Shown in pieces: positions 27,461-39,700 of a stretch of DNA of 64,000 bases (positions are counted from its first letter, which is position 1; each line of letters opens with the position of its first letter). The translations under genes were made by a program, and so were the position numbers. The DNA comes from Macrostomum lignano (Eukaryota), in the NCBI GenBank assembly GCA_002269645.1, contig NIVC01001852.1, positions 1 to 64,000 on the forward strand, given 5' to 3'. The notes beneath the pieces are model-generated. The model had not been told where the DNA came from. It ran no database searches and saw only the letters and a list, made by a program, of their open reading frames with translations.

Positions 27461-28039
27461 GATAGAATTCCTACCTTCCAGTGCTCCAATAGTCATAGCT
27501 GCAATCGCGGCTCCGTAGAAGCCTTGTTAATCCTCGGTCGCACCTTCCAGACAGAGAAGCGGGGTCAGGTTTTATCGATATGCTCTTCAATGGGGCTGCT
27601 GTAGCGTCGTTCAGCTCAACCTGCAGTTCTGGCTATTCTTCTCCTCAGCTCCGTTCGAATCCTCAATTCATATTTTATTTCGCTGCTGTGGGGGCAAACA
27701 GCGCCTCTGTCTCCACCCCAGACTAAAAGGCTTTACACATCCAGGCCCACCCCAGCCGCCATCCTCCTCCGAGGGGATGCCTCATTCCCCTTCGCCAGTC
27801 CCCTCGTCGTCGAATAGCCGAGCAGACCTCTGAGGAGCGGGGACAGCGGGCTGGCTGAGGCAACAGCAGGGTTGGCATTGGCTGGCTGGCCTGGCGGCGA
27901 CGGCTTTGGGAGCGGCTCAGCCAATGGCAGGCGAACTGACCCCAGGAAGGGTAGTGCAGCTTCTGGCTGGCACTGGGACTGCGGCTCCGCTTTCACTGAG
28001 CTGGATCTGTCACCGACCTCTACTCTCAGCCTCTCTGAA

Positions 28040-28850
28040 CTCCCAGGTTCCTCTCTCATATCTCTGATCTCTCAGGTTCTCCTCTCTAATCTCTTCTCAT
28101 CTCTCAGGTTCCTCTCTCATATCTCTGATCTCCCAGGTTCCTCTCTCATCTCTTCTCATCTCTCAGGTTCCTCTCTCATATCTCTGATCTCCCAGGTTCC
28201 TCTCTCATCTCTTCTCATCTCTCAGGTTCCTCTCTCATATCTCTGATCTCCCAGGTTCCTCTCTCATCTCTTCTCATCTCTCAGGTTCCTCTGATCTCTC
28301 AGATTCCTTAGGTTCCTCTCTCATCTCTGCTCATCTTTCAGGTTCCTCTTTCATCTCTTCTCATCTCTCAGGTTCCTCTGATCTCTCAGATTCCTTAGGT
28401 TCCTCTTTCATCTCTGCTCATCTTTCAGGTTCCTCTTTCATCTCTTCTCATCTCTCAGGTTCCTCTGATCTCTCAGATTCCTTAGGTTCCTCTTTCATCT
28501 CTTTTCATCTCTCAGGTTCCTCTCTCATATCTCTGATCTCCCAGGTTCCTCTCTCATCTCTTCTCATCTCTCAGGTTCCTCTCTCATATCTCTGATCTCC
28601 CAGGTTCCTCTCTCATCTCTTCTCATCTCTCAGGTTCCTCTGATCTCTCAGATTCCTTAGGTTCCTCTTTCATCTCTGCTCATCTTTCAGGTTCCTCTTT
28701 CATCTCTTCTCATCTCTCAGGTTCCTCTGATCTCTCAGATTCCTTAGGTTCCTCTTTCATCTCTTCTCATCTCTCAGGTTCCTCTGATCTCTCAGCTTTC
28801 TTAGGTTCCTCTCTCATCTCTTCTCATCTCTCAGGTTCCTCACTGATCTC
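28040..28850. repeat. ~30-bp pyrimidine-rich minisatellite (CTCAGGTTCCTCTCTCATCTCTTCTCATCT)
   Basis: Tandem variant units. Confidence 0.9.
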
Positions 28851-30358
28851 TTCCTTTCCAATATTTCCCTCATCTCTCTGAGATACATTCCTCATTTCTC
28901 TTATCTCGCTTTGACCTCTGTCTGAACTCTATTCTACACTCTCTCTTCTCTGTCTCAACTGCATCTTCTCTTGTCTGGAATGTCTGATCTCTCTCTCTCG
29001 TCTCTTATCTTTTTTCTATTTTTGTGAGCCCTAAGTTGGAAAATATCGGTTCTACAGACCCAGATCATAGTAAAACCTCAATAAGCAACCAAACTGAGAA
29101 GCGACCAGAAACGTTAAATCAATAGTTGGACAAAATAATATAATTAAAAACTGAGTCTTCAAAAATCTCGCTCAAATCACGTAGGTTAAATGAACCGAAC
29201 CAACCAGTAGACCAGGTTATTTCACTGCCGTTGGTTCAATCACTATTTGAACAAGAATGGTTCTCGTCTCCTCGGATCCGATATTGTGTTGTTATTTGAA
29301 TTTTTCCGTCTACCAAGACTAAAGGAACTCTTTGTTTTTATTAGTCTTTGTGTGTCGGGATCCGCAAGCTCAAAGGACTTTGCATATAGCATTTGTTTAA
29401 GGTAGCCCTATAGTAATTCTTTGAGCAAATATTGGCATTTTTGACGCAGTCGTGTAAACTTTGAGCTTTGGTGGCAGTCCCAACTCAAAATGAACACAGC
29501 TTCAGTAAGTTTGTAAGAATTAAAATAGTAATACGTAGTATATACAGGATTATATATATGAAGGCCACTGGCTGCTCAGCCATCTGATCTGAGGATCAGC
29601 TAACATTATAATCTTAGACTCAACTTGAAGTCTTTGTTAGCGCTCAGGATCCCGGTACCGAAGCGCTCTATTTATACGCTATAAAAGATGGATTGATCCT
29701 TCATCTCATACCCCATGAGGAGTCTTATTCAGCAGATCTTATCCGATTACGCGCATCTGCAGCTCAAGCTGACAGGTGTTCCACTAGACTAGCTGGAGTT
29801 CAAACTAATTTCATCGAAGCCTTCCTACCTTACTAAGTACACTACAAGGTCGCTGTGGTCACTTCACTGCCGGTGAAATAATGTGCTAAATGCTTTTATT
29901 GGAGGCTCACTATCTGGACTGGCAAAACAATATAGGAGGCGAAAAAACTGGGGGACTTGCCAAACCTAACACTTGACTCTCCGAGCTCTACGGGTGGGCC
30001 ACCCGCATCCCATTAAGTGCTCCCATATGCTCCCCAGCATGACCCGCCGCCGTGCGGATGGCTCTCGGGTCTGACTAATTAATTCATTAGTTTTTGCTTC
30101 CCCAGCACTGCCGGAATTCGGCTCGCGTATGAAAACTCCCAGTTGGAGTCGAAAACTCCCCAACACGATTCTTAATAATAGTTATTACAGTGGCAGTGGC
30201 CGCCCGCTGAGCACTTAAGTGTCTGCCCGCCTTTGATCTGCGCATTTCTTTATGGATCCCTACAAACAGCCAATTATCCACCAATTGCTGGTGCAAAACG
30301 CAGGCAAGGTGCGATAATGGAATCGCTTGTTTAATGACATAACGCTCTTTGTTGATGC

Positions 30359-30857
<499 letters not shown>

Positions 30858-30951
30858 GCGGCCAATTTCATAATCCAACACTAGAACGCAAACACAGAAA
30901 GACGCGGCGGCAGCTGGAGATGAGATGAGATGAGATGAGAGTCATACCTGC

Positions 30952-31150
30952 TGTTGTAAAGTGAGTTTACTCACTGGGTTGTTTTGCTAGTCGGTGTTTG
31001 GGGGTCAAGGGGATCCGATGTACATGCGCGCTCTGTTTGTATATGTACATGCGTTCTCGAGTAAATATAAGAATAGCTCCACCCTTTGGGTGAGGGTTTG
31101 AATTTTGTTTGTTGGACTAAACCTGACTGGCTTGTCTCTCGCTCACCACA
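30952..31150 (+). repeat. 5' LTR
   Basis: TGTTGTAAA..CTCACCACA, matches 35366-35564. Confidence 0.97.
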
Positions 31151-31230
31151 TTTTGGCGTCGCGCGGAGAAATCAATTGATTTGGGCCAGCGTGATTCAGC
31201 ACAAGCGCGAACTCTAAAATCTGCCAAGTC

Positions 31231-34200
31231 ATGAGCAGCACAGAAGGCGCAAATGCAAGTGCAATGGGCGACCCACAGCGAGGGTCCCAACAAGCAGCAG
31301 CCCAACAGTCAAGCAGAGATGCAGCCAACAGAATGAGTGTCAACATTTCGCCACCGCAGCCGTTTCTGCCAGCCGCTGGAGCACCGCTGATTGAATGGAA
31401 CCGATGGAAAGCAATGTTCAGCAATTACCTGCTAGCATCGGGAGCCATCGATCTGCCGGAGCAAAGAAAACAAGCGTTGCTCATCCACTGTTTGGGTGCA
31501 GAGGGACAAAACATCTACATGTCTCTACAGGCCAGCAGCGATCAGGAGGAAGGAGAGCAACCGCCATCAACAGTTGATGACACGCTGAAGCTCCTGGACA
31601 TGCACTTCGGACCCAAAGTCAACGTAGTTGCTGAGAGGCACAGATTCCGACAGAGAGCTCAGCGACCGAGCGAAAAGATCAGCGACTTCGTTGCCGCGCT
31701 GCGAAACCTGGCTTCGAACTGCGACTTCAAGACCTTCCAGGAGGAGATGCTGCGTGACCAGCTCGTCGAGAAAGTGCTCAGCAACCACATCAGGGAGCGA
31801 CTGCTTATGGAGCCGGAGCTGACCTTGGCGACAGCTGTGCAGTTGGCGGAGCGACTGGAAACTGGACTGCTGGAGGCCCAGGCCATCAAGGGAGGCAGCC
31901 ACACAGACCCAAACAGCTCGTGTGGAGTCCAGCAGATCAGCAAGGCCAAGAACAGTGGAGCAGTGGCAAGACAGCATGAGGCACTGAAGTCGACAACCGA
32001 CGGCCGGAGCTGCGGCTACTGTGGCTCAGCGGCGCATGTCGGTGGACAGACCTGCCCAGCAAAGGGGCAGAAGTGCAAGTCCTGCGGCAAGCGCGGGCAC
32101 TTCGCCAGAGTCTGCAGGAGCGGCAACCGAGTGCGACAGCTTCAGGATGAGTACTCCATCTGCACTGTGTCGACAGCTGCGGCAGCAAGCAAGCACTGCG
32201 AAGTGCTGCTAAACGGGAGGCCTGTCAAGCTGCTCGTTGACTCCGGTTCGCGAGTCTCCATCATCACCAAGACGACGTACAATAGACTTCTGTCCAACGT
32301 GCCCCTGCAGGCGTCATCACGGAAGCTGGTCGCTTTCAACGGCAGCAAGATAGGCGTGCTTGGTGACATCCTGACCTCGGTACAGCTCAAGGACAAAGTA
32401 GTGCCTTACGTCAACCTTAGCGTGGTCAATACCGGATCTGACATCCTGGGGTGCGACCTCATGGATCAGCTGGGACTGCGGATCGTCACTGCAGACGGTG
32501 AGCGAGTGCAGACAGTCGGCACCAGAGCCCTGCCTGACTGGATCCCAGGCCGGTTCGACCAGTTGACTCAGGGACTCGGACACATCAAAGGATTTCAGCA
32601 CAGGCCGCGAGTCAACCCCGCGGTGCAACCGACTGCTCAACCGTTGCGCAGAGTGCCGCTCAGCCTAAGAGATTCGGTTCAAAAGGAGATCGACCAGCTG
32701 CTGCAGCAAGGCATCATCGAGGAGGTCGACGCCTCAGACTGGGTGTCAAACCTAGTCGTGGTGCCAAAGGCGAACGGCTCGATCCGGATCTGCAACGACC
32801 TGAGAGGCCCAAACAAGAGCATCATACCGGACAGATACCCACTTCCGACCTTTGAGGAGCTCTCCGCCGAGTTTGCCGGGTCACGATGCTTCTCCAAGTT
32901 GGACCTGAATTCGTCTTACCTGCAACTGGAGTTGTCTGAGGACTGCAGAAATCTGACCACGTTCGTGACGGAGCGAGGCCTATATCGATATCGGAGGGTG
33001 TGCTTCGGCCTGAGTAGTGCACCGGCTGCGTTCCAGAAGGTGATGGCTAAGATCCTCAGTGGCATCAAAGGCGCAGTGCACTTTATTGACGACATCGTAG
33101 TGCACGCGGCATCAAGAGAAGAGCACGACAAGCGCCTGTTCAAGGTGCTGCAAGCTCTGATGACGCACAACGTGACTATCAATACGGCCAAGTGCACCTG
33201 GCGCCAGGACAAGGTCAACTTCCTAGGCTATGAGCTGAGCGCTTCTGGAGTCCGCCCGTTGCAGTCACACGTCGAAGCTATCGAGAAGGTACAGCCGCCA
33301 ACGAACACCAAGGAAGTGGCTGCGTTTCTAGGCGTCGTGAAGTACTTTGGCAACTTCATTCCCAGCCTCTCCAGCACGGCGGAGCCCCTCATGAAACTGC
33401 TGAGGAAGGACGAGTCGTGGAAGTGGACCAGTGAGTGCCAGCAGGCTTTTGAGCAGCTGAAGGCAGGAGTGTGCAAGCCACCTTGCCTCAAGTTTTTCGA
33501 CGCAGATCAGCCGATCATCGTCAGCTGCGACAGCTCAGCATCAGCTCTTGGTGCGATGCTCCTCCAGCAAGACTCCGACGGCCAGTGGCGCCCGGTTGCC
33601 TTTGCGAGCCGAACTCTGAGTGCTACGGAGCGCCGCTACTCGGCGAGCGAGAGGGAAGCCCTGGCCTGCATCTTCGCCTGTGAGCGCTGGAACTTCTTCC
33701 TTTACGGCCGACGGTTCGAGCTCCACACCGATCACCAGGCTCTCACCACGCTACTGTCATCATCTGGGAGCGGACACCGGCCACTCAGACTGCATCGCTG
33801 GGCTGATCGTTTGTTAAACTACTCCTTCACCGTCAAGTACGTCCCGGGTGCCAAGAACATCGTGCCCGACTTTCTGTCGCGCTGCCAGGACACGGCCGAG
33901 CCGACGGAAGGCGATGAAACAGACGGTCTGGAAGTCCAAAGAGTGCTCCTGGCCGAGGCGCTGACCGTGGTCACCGAGGACGAGCTGGCGGAGGCAACGT
34001 CAAAGGACGAGCTCCTGGCACGAGTCGCAGAGTTCACAGTTTCCGGTTGGCCAGACAAGAAAAAGCTCGATGAGCGCCTGCTGCCCTACTGGAGTGTCAG
34101 GAACGAGCTGACTGTTTGGAGCAACGGCAGGTGCTTGGCCATGGGAACTCGTGCCGTCATACCGGAAGAACTGCGCCAGCGAGTGCTCGACTTAGCGCAT

Positions 34201-35319
34201 CAAGGTCACAAGGGAGTCAGCAGGACCAAGCATCACTGCCGAGACACCGCCTGGTGGCCCAAAATGGACAGCGACATCGAGAGGTTCGTCAGCAGCTGCT
34301 CTGCGTGCATCATCAGTGAGAAGAGCTTCAAGCCGCATCGGACAGTGCTGACCCCGACCAAGTGGCCGAAGGAACCGTGGACAGAGCTGCAGATCGACTT
34401 GTTCGGAGAACTGCACGAGGGTGCACCACAGAACTGCCGTTTCATACTCGGTGTACATGACCTGCATTCAAAGTGGCCCGAACTGGTCTGCCTCTCTTCA
34501 GCGACGTCTGCGACTATCATCAAGAGTCTCACGGCGCTGTTTTGTCGCTGGGGCATTCCGCGCGTAATCACCACCGATGGAGGACCCCAGTTCATCTCCC
34601 AGGAGTTCAACGACTTCCTAAAGGCGTACGGCATCAATCATCGTCAGACTCCGTTCTACCACCCTCAAGGAAATTCCGGAGTGGAGCGCCTGAACCGCGT
34701 AGTCAAAGAGGGCTTGAAGAGCCACCTTCAAGACGGCTACTCGTTCCTGGAAGCGGTGCAGTCCATCCTGTGGGCGTACCGATCGACACCGCATGCGCTG
34801 ACCGGCGTGACGCCAGCGGAGCTGATGCTCGGCCGCAAGATCACCACGCCGCTGTGGACGCTGCAGCCGAAGCGAGCGACTCGAGAGCACCCACTGGCCG
34901 ATCAGATCCAGGAGCGGCAAAGACGGCAGTTCAAGCGGCTCAACAGATCCCGGCAGCCGCCGCGCCAATTCCGGGTCGGCGACCTGGTGCGAGTGCGATC
35001 TCCGCGGATGCGAGGCAAGCTGCAGAGCCACGTGTCACCACCTCTACGGGTCAGCGACATCATCAGCCCGACGATCGTCAGGTTAGAGGACGGCTCAAGG
35101 TGGCACACCAGCCTCTGTATGCCTCATGCGGAGCCCGAGGGTGCCAGCACGACTTCGGCAACGGCAATGCCGCCACAGCCGCCAGTGGCTGCAGAGCCGG
35201 CAGCGCCAGAAGGTCCGACAGACCCGCCGCCGGCGACCGCTGGGGCCGACGCGGAGCTGCGGCGCAGTACGCGACTGCGGGCACCACCGTTGTGGTACGG
35301 CCAGGTCGTGACGCATTGA
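31231..35319 (+). CDS. Gag-Pol polyprotein (Gag, two CCHC knuckles, aspartic protease, RT, RNase H, integrase)
   Basis: 1362-aa ORF: CGYCGSAAH..C and CKSCGKRGHFARVC knuckles, LLVDSGS protease, FSKLDL..FIDD RT, CDSS/EREAL/TDH RNase H, HQGH..CSAC and D-D-E (IDL, TDGG, VERLN) integrase; PR-RT-RH-IN order. Confidence 0.97.
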   Translation: MSSTEGANASAMGDPQRGSQQAAAQQSSRDAANRMSVNISPPQPFLPAAGAPLIEWNRWKAMFSNYLLASGAIDLPEQRKQALLIHCLGAEGQNIYMSLQASSDQEEGEQPPSTVDDTLKLLDMHFGPKVNVVAERHRFRQRAQRPSEKISDFVAALRNLASNCDFKTFQEEMLRDQLVEKVLSNHIRERLLMEPELTLATAVQLAERLETGLLEAQAIKGGSHTDPNSSCGVQQISKAKNSGAVARQHEALKSTTDGRSCGYCGSAAHVGGQTCPAKGQKCKSCGKRGHFARVCRSGNRVRQLQDEYSICTVSTAAAASKHCEVLLNGRPVKLLVDSGSRVSIITKTTYNRLLSNVPLQASSRKLVAFNGSKIGVLGDILTSVQLKDKVVPYVNLSVVNTGSDILGCDLMDQLGLRIVTADGERVQTVGTRALPDWIPGRFDQLTQGLGHIKGFQHRPRVNPAVQPTAQPLRRVPLSLRDSVQKEIDQLLQQGIIEEVDASDWVSNLVVVPKANGSIRICNDLRGPNKSIIPDRYPLPTFEELSAEFAGSRCFSKLDLNSSYLQLELSEDCRNLTTFVTERGLYRYRRVCFGLSSAPAAFQKVMAKILSGIKGAVHFIDDIVVHAASREEHDKRLFKVLQALMTHNVTINTAKCTWRQDKVNFLGYELSASGVRPLQSHVEAIEKVQPPTNTKEVAAFLGVVKYFGNFIPSLSSTAEPLMKLLRKDESWKWTSECQQAFEQLKAGVCKPPCLKFFDADQPIIVSCDSSASALGAMLLQQDSDGQWRPVAFASRTLSATERRYSASEREALACIFACERWNFFLYGRRFELHTDHQALTTLLSSSGSGHRPLRLHRWADRLLNYSFTVKYVPGAKNIVPDFLSRCQDTAEPTEGDETDGLEVQRVLLAEALTVVTEDELAEATSKDELLARVAEFTVSGWPDKKKLDERLLPYWSVRNELTVWSNGRCLAMGTRAVIPEELRQRVLDLAHQGHKGVSRTKHHCRDTAWWPKMDSDIERFVSSCSACIISEKSFKPHRTVLTPTKWPKEPWTELQIDLFGELHEGAPQNCRFILGVHDLHSKWPELVCLSSATSATIIKSLTALFCRWGIPRVITTDGGPQFISQEFNDFLKAYGINHRQTPFYHPQGNSGVERLNRVVKEGLKSHLQDGYSFLEAVQSILWAYRSTPHALTGVTPAELMLGRKITTPLWTLQPKRATREHPLADQIQERQRRQFKRLNRSRQPPRQFRVGDLVRVRSPRMRGKLQSHVSPPLRVSDIISPTIVRLEDGSRWHTSLCMPHAEPEGASTTSATAMPPQPPVAAEPAAPEGPTDPPPATAGADAELRRSTRLRAPPLWYGQVVTH

Positions 35320-35365
35320 TTGACAGCTGTGAAGGGAATTAGTGACTGTTAAGGAGGAGGGTGAA

Positions 35366-35564
35366 TGTTGTAAAGTGAGTTTACTCACTGGGTTGTTTTG
35401 CTAGTCGGTGTTTGGGGGTCAAGGGGATCCGATGTACATGCGCGCTCTGTTTGTATATGTACATGCGTTCTCGAGTAAATATAAGAATAGCTCCACCCTT
35501 TGGGTGAGGGTTTGAATTTTGTTTGTTGGACTAAACCTGACTGGCTTGTCTCTCGCTCACCACA
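35366..35564 (+). repeat. 3' LTR
   Basis: Copy of the 5' LTR, preceded by the PPT and followed by the TSD. Confidence 0.97.
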
Positions 35565-36159
35565 CCTGCCATGGCGCACTGCTGTTTGCCAATACAATTT
35601 TCGGCTCAGCCCATTCGCACGTTTAAAGCTTCATGCACAAAGCTGTTGCACTGACTCTATTATTGTGGACACACACAATACACAGTATGACCTATGCATA
35701 CACACAAGGTGTATAATAGCACCGGGCAGGTCAGACACACACAGCCAGACAGCCAGATTCCACTCTTCGCCTCGAATTTCGCTTTCTATCTGTCGAATTG
35801 TTTGCTGAAACAGCACCGAGGTTTGGTGGGGGGGGACGCTGGGCGGGCGGATGGAGAAAGTCGAGTGAAAAATTATGAGCCAAACTTTTTTATCACTCTG
35901 CGTCAGAGCCGAGGGCCCAGCCAGGATTTACGGCAGTTAAGGATGGGCCAGGCATGGAGGCCAATATGTTGTTTTGTTTAGCAATTGAAGTCTTATACAG
36001 TGCGCTGGGAAAGCATGCGTGTAAGACTGATTGACAGATAGATAGGCATAAATAAGCTTGTTTCTAACTTGATTTGTACTTTACACTCGTTATTGCACTG
36101 CACTTCAAAGTTGGCGCTTTACCTTACACATTGTTATTAGTATAGTTAAACAAAACTCA

Positions 36160-36685
36160 CCTATCACTGACCCATTACTGATCCATCACTGACCTATCAC
36201 TGACCTATCACTGACCCATTACTGATCCATCACTGACCTATCACTGACCTATCACTGACCCATCACTGACTGATGATTCGTCACTGACGGCCATTACTGA
36301 CACATCACTGACTGATGATTCGTCACTGACGGCCATTACTGACACATCACTGACCCATCACTGACCCATCACTGACCCATTACTGACCCATCACTGACTG
36401 ATGATTCGTCACTGACGGCCATTACTGACACATCACTGACCCATCACTGACCCATCACTGACCCATTACTGACCCATCACTGACCCATCACTGACCCATT
36501 ACTGATCCATCACTGACCCATCACTGACCCATCACTGACCCATTACTGATCCATCACTGACCCATCACTGACCCATCACTGACTGATGATTCGTCACTAA
36601 CGGCCATTACTGACACATCACTGACCCATCACTGACACATCACTGACACATCACTGACCCATCACAAAACCATCACTGACCCATA
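36160..36685. repeat. 11-bp minisatellite (ACTGACCCATC) with a recurring ~40-bp variant block
   Basis: Tandem copies; TGACTGATGATTCGTCACT(G/A)ACGGCCATTACTGACAC occurs four times. Confidence 0.9.
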
Positions 36686-37088
36686 ACCTAACTATGCATG
36701 GCTGTCAAAATTGATATGCTTGACACCTGGATGACGCAGGCTATCGCTTTATTTGCAAAACTGTTATGTCATGCTTCCAGGCAAATTCCATCGACATTTC
36801 AAGAAACATTTTCCTGCCAAACCGGAGACGTGCTGACCCCAAAAATAGAAAAAAACAGAATAAGAATTCTGAAGCATAAATCATAACTGATAAGATTAAT
36901 CGTTCATTAGAAAAGAAAACAAACTTTAGGAAATTCATTTGAATTGCATTGGGCATCAGCTTTGTCTCTGGGTTCCATGGGTTCCATGGGTTACCTAGTC
37001 TTTGTTGGCATCACTGACACTATTTTGATGTCTATGGATTTTTGGGCTATCCTACCTGTACAGTTAGTGGTTTGCCTGTTCAAAGCAA

Positions 37089-38500
37089 TGAGACAGTATA
37101 GGGTGAGACAGTATAGGGTGAGACAGTATAGGGTGAGACAGTATAGGGTGAGACAGTATAGGGTGAGACAGTATAGGGTGAGACAGTATAGGGTGAGACA
37201 GTATAGGGTGAGACAGTATAGGGTGAGACAGTATAGGGTGAGACAGTATAGGGTGAGACAGTATAGGGTGAGACAGTATAGGGTGAGACAGTATAGGGTG
37301 AGACAGTATAGGGTGAGACAGTATAGGGTGAGACAGTATAGGGTGAGACAGTATAGGGTGAGACAGTATAGGGTGAGACAGTATAGGGTGAGACAGTATA
37401 GGGTGAGACAGTATAGGGTGAGACAGTATAGGGTGAGACAGTATAGGGTGAGACAGTATAGGGTGAGACAGTATAGGGTGAGACAGTATAGGGTGAGACA
37501 GTATAGGGTGAGACAGTATAGGGTGAGACAGTATAGGGTGAGACAGTATAGGGTGAGACAGTATAGGGTGAGACAGTATAGGGTGAGACAGTATAGGGTG
37601 AGACAGTATAGGGTGAGACAGTATAGGGTGAGACAGTATAGGGTGAGACAGTATAGGGTGAGACAGTATAGGGTGAGACAGTATAGGGTGAGACAGTATA
37701 GGGTGAGACAGTATAGGGTGAGACAGTATAGGGTGAGACAGTATAGGGTGAGACAGTATAGGGTGAGACAGTATAGGGTGAGACAGTATAGGGTGAGACA
37801 GTATAGGGTGAGACAGTATAGGGTGAGACAGTATAGGGTGAGACAGTATAGGGTGAGACAGTATAGGGTGAGACAGTATAGGGTGAGACAGTATAGGGTG
37901 AGACAGTATAGGGTGAGACAGTATAGGGTGAGACAGTATAGGGTGAGACAGTATAGGGTGAGACAGTATAGGGTGAGACAGTATAGGGTGAGACAGTATA
38001 GGGTGAGACAGTATAGGGTGAGACAGTATAGGGTGAGACAGTATAGGGTGAGACAGTATAGGGTGAGACAGTATAGGGTGAGACAGTATAGGGTGAGACA
38101 GTATAGGGTGAGACAGTATAGGGTGAGACAGTATAGGGTGAGACAGTATAGGGTGAGACAGTATAGGGTGAGACAGTATAGGGTGAGACAGTATAGGGTG
38201 AGACAGTATAGGGTGAGACAGTATAGGGTGAGACAGTATAGGGTGAGACAGTATAGGGTGAGACAGTATAGGGTGAGACAGTATAGGGTGAGACAGTATA
38301 GGGTGAGACAGTATAGGGTGAGACAGTATAGGGTGAGACAGTATAGGGTGAGACAGTATAGGGTGAGACAGTATACGGTAGGGTGAGACAGTATAGGGTG
38401 AGACAGTATAGGGTGAGACAGTATAGGGTGAGACAGTATAGGGTGAGACAGAAGGGTGAGACAGAAGGGTGAGACAGAAGGGTGAGACAGCGGGTGAGAC
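37089..38500. repeat. 15-bp minisatellite (GAGACAGTATAGGGT)
   Basis: About 85 essentially identical copies, degenerate at the 3' end. Confidence 0.98.
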
Positions 38501-39231
38501 AGAAGGGGTGGGACACAAAATGGTCAGCCTCTATAGATTAGGTGGATAGCAAGCATAAACATTGATATTAAACTATACAGTTTACAGTTTATTTTTATAT
38601 AGCCAGTTTAAATCCACTGCTTGGGGTACAGCGCCGATTAAGGATTAAAGAAATCTATTTCAGGTAGTAAATGTTACCTATAACCTACCTGGGAAGAAAC
38701 TCTGCGATAACCTAATCTAAGCTAATCTATGCTAATTGCAAAGAAAGAAATTATTCGATTAAAAAAGGAAGCCAGATCCAGGCTGCAGACGAAATAAACA
38801 AAACAGAAGAAACAGCTTTTCTTTCTGGAAATCGATGAAATCCGATTCGATTAACTTTTCCCCATCAAAAAAGAGGAACGGGACTTGAGACAATGCCCGG
38901 ACAGCCTGGTACGCTAAAGCCATCGATTCTTTAATGTTGGAGTCAGCTATTGCAGTGACGCAACCGTCAGTCAGGCTATGAAACACGGCGATGGTTTAGC
39001 AGAGGGGCAGAGAAGGCGGTTGATATAAGAGAGTCGCACGCGACAGGACACCCAGCTGGGGGGTCGGAGGGGGGCGGGGGAGGGCACCCCGATTCCTGCT
39101 GCCGCTCTGCAGGGGGGAGGGCCAGTTTCACTGACCGGGCCTGCCTGTGCTCCCATTTAGTTTATAGACATCCGCTGCTTCTGCAGCCCTTCTATTTTGG
39201 GGCGCCAACTGACTCCCCTGTTCACCTGTTC

Positions 39232-39700
39232 TCTGTCTGATTGATCACACAGTCTGATCACTCCTATCTCTGTCTGATCACTTCTATCTCTGTCTGATCA
39301 CTTCTATCTCTGTCTGATCACTTCTATCTCTGTCTGATCACTTCTATCTCTGTCTGATCACTTCTATCTGTCTGATCACTCTTATCTCTGTCTGATTGAT
39401 CACACAGTCTGATCACTCCTATCTCTGTCTGATCACTTCTATCTCTGTCTGATCACTTCTATTTCTGTCTGATCACTTCTATCTGTCTGATCACTCCTAT
39501 CTCTGTGTCTGATCACTCTTATCTCTGTCTGATCACTCCTAGCTCTGTCTGATCACTCCTATCTCTGTCTGATCACTTCTATCTCTGTGTCTGATCACTC
39601 TTATCTCTGTCTGATCACTCTTATCTCTGTCTGATCACTCTGATCTCTGTCTGATCACTCCTATCTCTGTGTCTGATCACTCCTATCTGTGTCTGATCAC
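39232..39700. repeat. 20-bp minisatellite (TCTGATCACTCCTATCTCTG)
   Basis: Tandem copies. Confidence 0.92.

Larger units (their letters stand above)
30952..35564 (+). mobile_element. Full-length Ty3/Gypsy LTR retrotransposon (Mag-like)
   Basis: Two 199-bp LTRs (TG..CA) identical by eye, 5-bp TSD CCTGC (30947-30951 and 35565-35569), putative PBS TGGCGTCGCG at 31154, PPT AAGGAGGAGGGTGAA at 35351-35365, single gag-pol ORF. Confidence 0.97.

Noticed and set aside
27600-27665. B-box-like GTTCGAATCC suggesting a tRNA (also GGTTCGAATTCC near 46537)
   Set aside because: No A-box at the correct spacing and no cloverleaf
31395-35388. Alternative-frame and antisense ORFs inside the LTR element (e.g. 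34473-35342, 289 aa)
   Set aside because: Expected shadow ORFs of GC-rich coding sequence; no env-like signal peptide or transmembrane pattern
36265-36310. CTGATGA motifs (also at 52738 and 16050) as hammerhead ribozyme cores
   Set aside because: No stem II followed by GAAA and no stem III/NUH in register
36944-38518. 480-aa ORFs (YRVRQ / ILSHP / TVSPY repeats)
   Set aside because: The 15-bp unit is a multiple of 3, so frames stay open. The perfect homogeneity could also reflect consensus polishing, so array length is unreliable
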